DNA of 63,826 nt, the filler included, from Dugesia japonica (taxonomy: Eukaryota): NCBI GenBank assembly GCA_001938525.1. It is 6 parts of 6 records of this genome, joined end to end, with 100 filler letters (N's around TTAATTAATTAA, not from the genome) between each part and the next. Parts side by side here need not be neighbours in the genome. Positions count along the whole stretch, not along the records: positions 44,551 to 54,221 come from MQRL01598789.1; positions 54,322 to 63,826 come from MQRL01622553.1; 4 more parts are not named here. The stretch is one strand, 5' to 3'. The number at the start of each line of letters is the position of its first letter. Positions within the stretch are counted from its first letter, which is position 1. Below the pieces are notes generated by a model. The model saw only the letters and a program-made list of their open reading frames with translations. It searched no databases and had not been told where the DNA came from. A program made the position numbers and the translations under genes. Of this stretch, positions 52,810-63,826 are shown piece by piece.

Positions 52810-53280
52810 ATTACAACTAATATTTTTAGACATTATTTATATCAGTACTAAAACAGATAACTGATTAGATAACTATAGGAGATTAGAATTTTTTAAATAT
52901 TAATATTCAATTTAATCGCTTTCTATTGACTGAAATCATTAATTAATGATTATTTCCTTATATCCCCCTTCTTTCTTTCTAATGGCAGTCCATTTTCTTC
53001 TTGTACCGCATATCATCTTTCGTGAATTTTCTCAATTATTCGATAAGGTTCTTCAAATCTGTCTTAACTTTTTTTCTTGTTTCTACCTTGATGAGTACGA
53101 AATTGCCCACTTTGAATTCTCTATTAGTAATCACTTACGAAATGTTTTCTCTAGTTCCATCAGAAACTTCTGACTCACCACTTTTCTCTGCTAATTTTCT
53201 TTACAAATACGATCTCATCAGAGCTGTTTCCAGTCATTTCTTTTGCGTTTATTGTAAATTCTATTTCCATTAACATTTCT
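52810..53280 (-). mobile_element. Gypsy 3' end (integrase tail, PPT, partial LTR), same family as 899-3510
   Basis: RKMICGTRRKWTAIR; PPT AAAGAAAGAAGGGGGA; LTR similar to 925-1075. Confidence 0.75.
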
Positions 53281-53934
53281 GCTTAATATGTTGTCCTAAT
53301 TTTAAATTTTTAAATGAAATTTTCTAATAATATTTTTTTAAAGTTAATTTAATATAAATTGAATTGAAATTTAGGTAAATCTATTAAAAGGTTTCATTAT
53401 TATATTGTCTATGAGGTTTCAAGGTTCAAAAATTATATGATCTATGACGATTAAAGGTTCTATAATTATATGGTCAATGTTATTTAAAGGTTCCATTAAT
53501 ATGGTCAAATGTGACAAAGATGTGTAATACGTGCTAAATAAAACAAAATATGACATGTATTGAATAAGTAACAATTGCGTTGAAATTCCTTACCATTTTG
53601 TGGATACGAGTCTAGTCAATTATTGACGATGGTGAGTGATTGTTTTAAACAATTGTAGAAGTGTTCAATTTATGTCCGGATGGGAACGGACGAAGGCACT
53701 GCTACCAAAAATACAAATACCGTAATCAAGCTTAGCCTAGTTAAAACTTCTCAAGCTGATAAATAAGTTCAATTATGAACGGACTTGATTGGACGCTAAC
53801 GAACCTTAATGAATTCGCTACGTGGGAATGTACATGTCGGAGGAGGTAATGTAATGGAAGGAAAACAAGACTATTACTGAAATAATGCATGAAAATAATT
53901 AATAATTATTAATAATATATTGATTTAAACTAAT

Positions 53935-54040
53935 TAATTCATTTAAAATAAAAGCTTCGACTAAAATTTTTCTTTTTTTTATTTTGGTTTTTCATAACAA
54001 TTCGATATTTCGACTTTGTCTTCTTCAGGAATTGACTTTA
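53935..54040. mobile_element. Partial palindromic MITE copy
   Basis: aaaataaaagcttcga...tcgactttgtcttcttcaggaattgacttt. Confidence 0.7.
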
Positions 54041-54154
54041 ATTAATTAATTTATAATTAACTTGTACAAAATACTCAGGCCCAACACCATCATCTACTCT
54101 TTCATTCAAACCCAAAATCATCGAAATCCCCTAAATACTCACAGCAACTTTTTA

Positions 54155-54221
<67 letters not shown>

Positions 54222-54321
54222 NNNNNNNNNNNNNNNNNNNNNNNNNNNNNNNNNNNNNNNNNNNNTTAATTAATTAANNNNNNNNNNNNNNNNNNNNNNN
54301 NNNNNNNNNNNNNNNNNNNNN
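54222..54321. other. Artificial scaffold linker
   Basis: N44-TTAATTAATTAA-N44. Confidence 0.95.
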
Positions 54322-55422
54322 TAACAAATCTATTTTAATAATTATAAAATAATTTTTGTAAATAATTTTTTAATGAAATATAAAACTAACATCAATAAAT
54401 ATTTATCAACATATTTCTAAATTAAAATAGTTAAAATCATAAAACTTTTAATATAATTCGTAATCTACAATTCTTTGCATTTTTACAAGGTGGCCCAAAA
54501 CATATGGACGGAATTGTATTTTATTCAATAAAATTTATCAATAGACTTTTCTTAGTCTAAAAATATTAGGTTGTCCCTAAAGTTCTGTTACAAATAAGTA
54601 AAATAGAAAAAGAATATGTTATTGAATTTATAAACAATAATAAGAATTTAAAGGAAAGAAATGTTCTTCAATAGTATTTCTTTAGGTATTCTATAGACAA
54701 GTTTTATGATACTAGAAACAACGACAATTTCCAGGCAAGTCAAATTTTAAACCAATTTTTTTCTACTGAAATTCGTCGATCAATGAAATGCAAATTTTGT
54801 AACCCATGAGAATTCCAAAGCACCTTGTCAAAACGTTAATAGTGCACTGTTAACGTATCTATATAGTAACAATTAAAATGCATTAATAGAATACGAAAAA
54901 TAGACTTTATTCAATTTATTAATGCTAATAAAGTCATATTCGTCAATACTCAATCATCAAATCAATGTGATGCATTATATAGCGAATAAATAAATAATAT
55001 CAAAAATATTTTGGTTAAAAATAAATGTTTCAAGTCTTTACATATTTTATTTTATTTATTTAATAGATCTTTAAAAATTAACTTTATGTTTATAATTAAT
55101 TAATAGTAATATAATACTAAAGTAATTTATTTACAATTAATTTCACCAAAACATTTAATAATTTTATAAATATAAACTAACATAGACATACACAATCATC
55201 ATACGAATACAGATAAAATTTTATTAATAAATTTTATAGAATAATTATTTAAATTTTATAACACTTATGAATGTAGGTTTATTAGATTTTTCAATTCATT
55301 GATTTTATTGCGTATTAATTATAAAGAATAGTATTTATTTGTAAAAAATTTACGGTAATTGCATTATTAAATGCTATTAAATAAATTTATTCTATTCTTT
55401 ATTCTTTATCTTCTTATTGCAG

Positions 55423-55515
55423 TAAAAGAACCACAGAAAATATGTCATTCATCAACTTCATTTAAAAACCATGATCAAACTTGTAGCAGTTTCAATGACA
55501 TTGCTGTGAAAACAG
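55423..55515 (+). CDS. Isolated putative 93-nt phase 1-1 exon
   Basis: Long polypyrimidine tract ttctttattctttatcttcttattgcag|...ACAG|gttcat; open frame KEPQKICHSSTSFKNHDQTCSSFNDIAVKT. Confidence 0.35.
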
Positions 55516-58438
55516 GTTCATTATAGATTTATTTTTAAATAAATTATTGAAATATTTTATTTATTTTAATTATATAAAAAATGTTTTTGACTCAAATGGT
55601 ATTTAATTTTAGGAATTTTGAATATTAATTATGATAACTTATTTTATATTTATTAATAAAATATATAATTGTCATCATTCGTTATTTAGATAATAAGAAT
55701 AACTAATTAAGAAAAATTATGAAATATTCTTTAATATAAAAACATGAAATTAGTTTAGTCAAAAAATATCGGAAAACAATAATTATAAAATTAATTATTA
55801 ATAAATATTATTATTAAAATTAATTATTATTACAAATTATTAGTATTGTGACAATTTTAAAACAACTTGTAAACCTTAGTGATTATTTAATTATCAATTT
55901 AAACAAATTTATTAGAATGCCATTCTATCAATTTTATTGTTCTTAATAATTTGATTAAAAAAAGGCGAATTGGTTATTATTGAAATTAGTGCTTATTGAT
56001 TTTTTGGATATGAACAGTAATTATTTCATGAAAAGAAATAAATAATTATTATTTAAACAAATCATAAAACTTATTAATATAAATATTTTCATGATGTATT
56101 AACCCTTAACGTTAAACACGTGTTATCAAAATTATTATTATTGACAGAAACCAGTGAAAAAAGATTGATTTAATTTTTATTTTCACTTAAATCTCTTGAT
56201 TATTGCTAGACTAAAAAAAATATTTCACTAGTACTAATCATAAATAATCAATACCTAAATATTTGGGTTAAAATTGCGCAGTTATTTCATCTCAAGTCTT
56301 CCGTCATCATTTATCAATGTGATGCATTTATCACAAATTATTGTAATCAGTTGNAATAACAGCTTGTTATTGATTTTTCTGCAAATATATTTATTACGTA
56401 TTTTATTAAAGTTGATTAAATAATCTTCATAGAAATAATTACAATTCATTTTACAAATTCAGTAAAAAATTTTAATTTAATTAATTAATCAATTATCACT
56501 TCTTTTCAATTTAATAAACTTGTTCACCCCCTATAGTTATAAATTTTTTTCAGGTAGACCTTTTTATTCATGAAAATATAATTGAAAATATTTAAAAACT
56601 TTTATTTTTTGGAATTTTGTCTAGTACATACAAATGGACTTGCGTATTATTCCCCCTGACTTTTATCATTTTTCAAATCATTCGAAGTTAAATTTTACTT
56701 CGATTAAGAATATCACAGTTAAAGGTTGAGATTACATATACACATCAAATTAAATGAAAATAACCTTAAATTCTCCGCGAGGAATATTAGCATTATATTA
56801 TTCCCCGAGATAGTTTCATATTAGTTGCTCTCCTGGACAATTTGCGCTTTTTTATATTTTTATTTTAATCAAAAAAAGGCAAAAGAGTTTATAGAATTTC
56901 TAGAAAAACAAGAATTTATAAATTTCATTGATTTTTAAAATAACCTTATTTTAAAGGATAATAAAGTGATTGCGTGTAACTGTGTCACTTATAAATTATA
57001 TATTACATCAAATGCTATAAAAAAAGTGTAAAAAAGAAAATTTGGCGCATGTCCCATCATAATATTTATCATTTAGGGGCTTCAACCACAGACTTTTACT
57101 AGTTTAAGTTGATTAATGTGAACAATTGACTGAATTATTTGGCTGGATCGAGTGAAGAATTGAAAATTCGAGAGTAAAATTATGATAAACCCATAGAAAA
57201 TAAAATATTTAGATACACTCCCCGAGAATATTAACATTTGAAATTGATAAATGAAACATTTGAGTGATTAGATCATGAAATATATGAATAATAAAGCTGA
57301 CTATTTGATATAAGTGTATATTAAATGGATAGATTAAGATGGTTTAAATAGGTTATGTATGCATTAAGTGAATAAAGTATGTGACGGGACTAAAATGTTT
57401 GTTGTAAAAATCATATGAGAAAAACAATGAAAAAAATTTTAAAAATTACATGAACTTTTATAAAACTAGTCAGAATTTACATAAAGTTTTCCAAAAAAAA
57501 ATGTTTTTAAAGATTTTTGACTAAATTTTCATTATATGTTAGCCGGAAAAACGTTTCATCCTTGAAGGAGGGTGATATGGTGTGCTACTATCTGTTTACT
57601 ATCCAATGTTAATAATCCAATGCATTTTTCCAACTGCAACGTATAAACAATATACAAATTAATATACGTGTTAATAACGGGAAATTAATTAAATTTGCAA
57701 AAGATTCAAAAACTCATTCATTATCTTACCTTGTATTAAAACAGTATGTATACGGTTAGCTGCGAACAATAGGAAGATTTTATCTTCTTAATCTTAAACT
57801 CATTGGTTCATTTGGTATGCAACAGTTCAGAATGTACTNGCTGGTAATGTAAAATATTACCAAGAGTAAAATTCAATACATTTACTGAGCTTGGTAACGT
57901 AGTATCTTCTCTATCTAGTGAAGTAACCGATATGATCCCAAAAGTATAGCAAATTACATAACAATTGAAATAAGTAATATAATAACAAATCATCCCAAAA
58001 CCAAACTAACTAATAGAAAACGTAAATAATCAAGCTCATTGCGTATAATAAATAAATGAGAGGATATGAAACAATATTCAAGAAATATTTTCGGTATTTT
58101 ATTATGTAGTTTTTATAGCAAATCTCATCAAGCCGTTGTTGAAATTGATTCATTTGAAGACTCGTTTCGAATGAATTCAATTTCTTAATCGTAAAGTTAT
58201 TTTTTATAAAATTATCTTAAACAGCATATTTTTATTTGAATGATACTTTATTGTATATTAAAATGAAGGTAGTTGATAAGCAAGACAAGGTTTTGGTTGA
58301 CACTCATGATGAGGTTCATATGTTGTATTTCTTCAATTAATAATGTCAAAATTGATGAAGAAAATGGAAATTATATTCAAAAACCATTGATTGGAACCAT
58401 AATAGGGGTAGTAAGAATATTTGTCTTACTGCAATGAG

Positions 58439-58740
58439 CTATGTAGCAGAAGTAGATAGATAAAGTCTAATAAAGCGTATAAACCATTGTCTTTCTGTGT
58501 TTACAAGTCTTCCTACATCTCTAAAGTTATCAATAATTGATTTGATCGTCACATAGTGCTCAGCATAGTACTTCACAGCATTCAACCAACTTGTCCATTT
58601 TGTGACAACAGGCTGAGATGGCATTCCAATACCTATAAACAGTTCATGTTTTGTGAAGTTCTTTGTTTTAGGAGCTGTTAAGGTTGCAATCAAGCAGTCC
58701 ACATATTGTAAAGTGACTTAATTCTCAAAAGCACTGTAAC
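58439..58740 (-). pseudogene. hAT-like transposase relic
   Basis: MPSQPVVTKWTSWLNAVKYYAEHY, resembling the PPxPVxTRWGTWL motif. Confidence 0.7.
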
Positions 58741-59029
58741 AAAGAATTTCATATTTAGAAAATTACATTTAAAACGAGTATATAGATGCTATGATGCAAA
58801 ACATGGAATCAATAGACTTATAATCAGATGACGGATATTACTGCTATCTCAGAAGTTCAATCTAACGTATTGATGACGAAATGTTAAGGATTTTAACTTT
58901 TACATTTTAAAAACCCCGTACAGACGTGAAATGTTCATATCTTAGATAATATTTTGATACCTGTCGATAGAGAATTAAAAGCTACCTATTTATTGTTTAA
59001 AGAAGTGATATCGAAAAATGCATGCTTTA

Positions 59030-59900
59030 TTATAAAATCAAAAACAAAGAACTTTTAAATCTTTTAAAAATTGCTTTTGGTATTATTTCAGTATCTAAGA
59101 ATTACCAATGATAATTAATGAGAGTATATATTAAAAACAATTGAGTGTATATAAATAAAAGTTGTTGAGTTTTTATCGTATAAAGTAGATTAATTTGATA
59201 AGTTTTTGAAGATTCAATTGACTTTATTGACAAAAATTGCCCTCGAAATGACTATTGAAATTTTAAAATTGTTTTGCAATCTTATAAAATCATAAAATTG
59301 TTTAGTTATAAGTCTAAATTACCAATTCAATTGTGTACTGATCTTGTTTACAAATACGAATGTAATTGGAATGGATACATTGGAGAGACTTCCGGTCATC
59401 TCTGTACAAGAATTCAAGAATATTGTCGAATTGGTAGTGGAAGTAATATTGCTGAACATAATATTAATTGAAAATCAGTTATNAGTATAAATAATTTTAA
59501 AATTTTGTGCAAAACCTTTAAAGATTATTGAGAGAGAGAGTTGAGTTGTGTGTGAAACATTGTTGATTAGATCAATTGGTTCAAAAATTACTGTTCAAAC
59601 TGGTCTTTCTAAATCTAAATTGAATGTTTTTATTTGATTTGATTTATTGAAGAGATTGCATAATTGTTAACATAATCAAAATTTTATATATATTTCTTTT
59701 TAAAAAATAAAAAATAAAAAAAAAGAAAGAAATATTGTTTCAATAAAGAATTTTCAAAAAAGAATTAAATTATTGTATCAGAAGATGACGTTGTAGTTAC
59801 AGTTATGCTGTCGAAACATGTTATACAGAAATATATATTAAAATGGCGTTTCAAAGTTTGATTAGAAAAAGGGCTAAATAAATACTTTTTAAATACCGTT
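59030..59900 (+). mobile_element. Penelope-like element 3' part (GIY-YIG)
   Basis: DLVYKYECNWNGYIGETSGHLCTRIQEY...NIAEH...NNFKIL. Confidence 0.88.
59774..59827 (+). ncRNA. Degenerate minimal type I hammerhead-ribozyme-like motif
   Basis: TGTAT-CAGAAGA-TGAC...GTC-GAA-ACATGT-T-ATACA: stem I TGTAT/ATACA, stem II GAC/GTC, palindromic stem III ACATGT. Core is CAGAAGA rather than CUGANGA. Confidence 0.5.
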
Positions 59901-60113
59901 ACAATATTTTATTTAATAATTTCACAGAGTTTTACACTTTCACAAAATAAAAATAATCAGAGAACATCAAAATAAATTTGTAACATTTATTAATTATAAT
60001 TAATTATAAATTCAATGATTTATTTAATTTATTAAGATTATTGTTTTACAATTGCAATTATTGCGAGAATAATTGTTGGACTTAACCATTGATCGTTTTA
60101 TAGAATTCATTTT

Positions 60114-60235
60114 ATATAAAAGCTTAGATCAAAATTTAGGTTTTTAATTATTGATATTGGATAACAAATCGATATTTCGATTTGTTATCCAATATCAATA
60201 ATTAAAAACCTAAATTTTGATCTAAGCTTTTATAT
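60114..60235. repeat. Perfect 59-bp inverted repeat with a 4-nt loop, derived from the palindromic MITE
   Basis: 60114-60172 is the exact reverse complement of 60177-60235; loop TATT. The MITE left end starts at ~60045. Confidence 0.92.
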
Positions 60236-60464
60236 TATATTAAGATTATGGGTTGTATTGATTTTTTAAGTATATTAAGCCTATTCGGCCAGACTAAAAA
60301 AATCATTGTCAATTTGTTTTATTATTTTGGATCTATGAAGTGAATTTCTTAGATTTGAACATTATATTATAAAACCATAAAAACTGAATATCAGTTCTTA
60401 CAGAATATATCGAATAATAATTTTTTATTAATCGAAAATTTAGATAATTTTTATTTTTATCCAG

Positions 60465-62335
60465 TTTATCAGGCGATGAAAATGGGAAAACGTATTGTTA
60501 CATTAATAACAAAAATCGCTATTGGCATTGATGGTGAAAACTATGACTTAGAAAGAACTGGAAATGGTGAATTTTTTAGAGAATAATTTTATTTTATTTA
60601 TATAATTGTAGAAATCGAAAGACTATTTATTTCGTTGTGTAAAGAAAAGGCTTTTTACAAATACGGAAAAACAAATGATTTAGAAAGAATTGGAAATAGT
60701 TGATTTGTTAAAGAATAATTTTATTTTATTTATATAATTTTAGAAATAGAAATTCTAATTAATTTGTTAGATAAGGAAATCGTTCTTGATATCAATGGAG
60801 AAAAATATGATTTAAAAAGAATTGCAGAGGGTTGATTTATTATAGAATAATTCTATTTGATTAATGTAATTATAGAAATGGAAATACTNNNNNNNNNNNN
60901 NNNNNNNNNNNNNNNNNNNNNNGACTTTAGTGAAGAAAAATATAATTTAGAAATAATTCGTGATGGTGGATTTATAATAGAATAATTTTATTTTATTAAT
61001 TTAATTATAGAAATGGAAAAACTATTTAATTCATTAATTAATGAAATCACTCTTGGCATTAATGAAGAAACAGATGATTTTAAAAGAAACGGAAATGGTG
61101 GATTTATAATGGAATAATTTTATTTATTGAATATAATTATAGAAATGAAAAGACTATTTATTTCGGTTTTTAATGACATCACTATTTACATCGATGGAAA
61201 AATAGATTCTTTAGAGAAAATCGAAGATGGTGAATTTATTTTAGAATTATTTTATTTTTTAATTTTCATTATAGAAAATGAAAAACTAGATTATATATTA
61301 AAAAAGAAAAATATTTATCTAGACATTGATGAAGAAAGATTTGATTTAGAAAGAATTGAAAATGGTGAACTTGTTTTAGAATTATTTTATTTTATTATTA
61401 TAATTATAGAAATAAGAAGATTATTTATTTCGTTAGTAAAGAAAGATATTTCTTTATACATTGATGGAGAAAAATATGACTTAAAAAGAATTGAAAATGG
61501 TGGATTTATTATAGAATTATTCTATTTTATTAATGTCATTATAGAAATAAAAAGACTATATAACCACCTAAATCAAGTAGCTCCCGATATTGATGGTGAA
61601 AAGAATGATTTTGAAATAAAAGAAAATGGTAAATTTATTATAGAATAATTCAATTTTATTAATATAATTATAGAAATGGAAAAACTATTTATTTTGTTAA
61701 TAAAAGATATCGTTTCTTACATCGTTAACGAAATAGATGATTTAGAAAGAATTGGATACAGTGGATTTATTACAGAATTATTTTATTTTATTAATTTATA
61801 ATTATAGAAATGGAAAGTCTACTTAATTCCGCATCAAAGAAAAGTATCTTCTTAGACATTGATGGAGAAAAATATAACTTTGAAAGAATTGGAAATGGTG
61901 AATTTATTTTGGAATGATTTGTCTTTTATTAATATAATTATAGAAATAGAAAATCTATATAATTCGGTAACAAAAAAAAGTATTTCCATAGAAATTGATG
62001 GGATAAAATATAATTTAGAAAAAATTGGAAATGGTGAATATATTTTAGAATAATTTTATTATATTTATACAATTGTAGAAATAGAGAGACTATATTTTTC
62101 GTTAGTGAAGTCAATTTTTTTTGAAATCCTTAGAAGAAAATATTCTGAACGAGACATTAAATATAGTAAATTTTACAAATCTCTTTATTGTATTCATTGA
62201 ATATTAGCTTTGGAAAATACGTTTAATTTGTCTGAAAAAAAGCAATTTAAATATAAAGGGGGAAATGTCCGAAATTCTACAAAGCGTGTTGTAAAAAACG
62301 AATTTTCTACAAAAAAGAAAACTGGGAGAATTTAA
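60465..62335 (+). CDS. Tandem symmetric-exon array gene encoding a repeat protein of unknown family (~424 aa from ATG 60476)
   Basis: Exons 60465-60566, 60612-60698, 60744-60830, 60876-60965, 61011-61097, 61143-61229, 61275-61364, 61410-61499, 61545-61628, 61674-61760, 61808-61897, 61944-62033, 62079-62165, 62208-62335 (TAA). All 13 introns are GT-AG, phase 1, 42-47 nt. No premature stop in any exon. Confidence 0.85.
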
Positions 62336-63826
62336 GAAAAATGGGTTGTGAATTGCTTCACGAAATACTAAATTGTGATTTTCATTAATTAAGAATTTTT
62401 ATGGAAGTATCTTAATAAATTACGAAACGCGTTTAATTATTTAAAAATAAAAATATATTAATTTCGAAAAAAATTTAAATAAAAAACACAATAATTTATA
62501 CACATGTAAGCAGCAATTTAAAACAACAAATAAATATATAATGATGATAAACATGCTTTTCATAATATTTATAATTTCACTCATTTTTCATTAATAAAAA
62601 TATTTGATTTATTCAAACAAATGTCTTTAGTTATTTTAATTATGATTATCGTAAATAGGTAGTCGTATTGTTTCGGACAATACGATTTGATCTTTTGTTT
62701 TATTGTATGACAATTATTTGGTGGAAAAATTGAATTATAAAACGATTTTCTTATAATGAATTAATTTTAGTGATCAATTTAAAATTGCTCTTAGGGCGGG
62801 ACAGTATTTCATGCGTGATGTTTACGTGTTACATTGGGGATACCTACGTTTGATAATTGTTTTAATGAATGTAGTTTTTGATTTAGCTTTAATCAATTTT
62901 TTCTTTGTTGGTTTGTTTATTGGGTTTATTTGTTGTATTATCCATTAGGCTTAAATAGTTTATCGCTATTCCATTGAAGAAATAACAAAACAATTTAAGT
63001 AATTTAACTACATTTTTACATATGTATTAAAAATGTGTTAAATTGATATTTCTTGCTTATTGTTATCATACAAATATGATATTAGTTTCGGCATGATAGT
63101 GTCAATTGCGGTCCAAATTCTATGATTGGATTTATCAACCCAGTCATATCATTGCTATTGGTCTACTAAGTNNNNNNNNNNNNNNNNNNNNNNNNNNNNN
63201 NNNNNNNNNNNNNNNNNNNNNNNNNNNNNNNNNNNNNNNNNNNNNNNNNNNNNNNNNNNNNNNNNNGAATGAAACGTTATTCTGGAAATATATTCAACAG
63301 AAAGTTTAATATTAGACAAAAATCAATTCGGTTATAAGTCGACAATAATCTGTAAATAAGGAAAAAAACAAATAAAACAACCATTCTCATTCTAGGTTTT
63401 ACGACATCACTTTCAAATTCATATATGGATGTCCACAATCTTAATTATCTTCTTGATAATGTGATAAGATATATGTTTATTTGTAATATTTTTTAATATT
63501 TTGCTTTATTCTTTATTTTCACTTTTTAGTGAATTTATCTATTGACTCATGCTCTTTATTTTGACTTCCTTTTCTTTTACAGGTTTTTGCAGAAATATAT
63601 TTAATTCGTTTCAAAATATATTTAAAATAATAATCTTGTAAAATGTTCAAAATCTAAAAAAATCAAATATTCCAATATTCATATACATCAAACAAATTTT
63701 ACATATATTTTGAAACTTTTAAAATATATTTGGAAAACTATTGAATATAGTTTTGCAAAAACCTGTAATAACTTTGTTAATTTCGCAATTTCTCTTCGTT
63801 CGTTTCCACATCCAACATTTTGCTTC

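Noticed and set aside
57729-58010. Possible minus-strand exon with a strong donor (AAG|GTAAGA) and hydrophobic translation
   Set aside because: Stops in the frames I examined and no recognisable family.
61127-61648. 173-aa ORF as a stand-alone gene
   Set aside because: It starts and ends inside predicted introns and is a read-through of three stop-free introns.
60465-62207. CRISPR-like repeat-spacer reading, or simple satellite reading, of the array
   Set aside because: The apparent spacers are homologous to each other and keep an open frame, the repeats are GT-AG bounded, there are no cas genes, and the context is eukaryotic.

Overview
Very AT-rich, repeat-laden eukaryotic (invertebrate, plausibly planarian-like; inference) draft assembly. 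The window is not one locus. Five identical 100-bp artificial linkers (N44-TTAATTAATTAA-N44) join six unrelated scaffolds. Scaffold 1 (1-9245): three consecutive exons of an Mx-like dynamin-family GTPase on the - strand, with introns filled by Ty3/gypsy and hAT elements. Scaffold 2 (9346-22740): DNA-transposon relics, including a Himar1-like mariner and a palindromic MITE family. Scaffold 3 (22841-33776): two different degenerate Polinton/Maverick (adintovirus-like) endogenous viruses. Scaffold 4 (33877-44450): gypsy, Penelope and hAT relics plus a small secreted cystatin-fold-like gene. Scaffold 5 (44551-54221): a Penelope relic and the 3' exons of a class-B/adhesion-type GPCR. Scaffold 6 (54322-63826): a Penelope end with a hammerhead-like motif and the most notable feature, which the ORF track misses. 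This is a gene built from a tandem array of ~132-bp units, each a symmetric phase-1 exon of 84-90 nt plus a ~45-nt GT-AG intron (14 exons, 13 introns, 60465-62335). It splices into an uninterrupted ~424-aa protein of divergent 28-30-aa repeats, and all in-frame stops and frameshifting indels are confined to the introns. All calls come from manual reading; no database searches were run.
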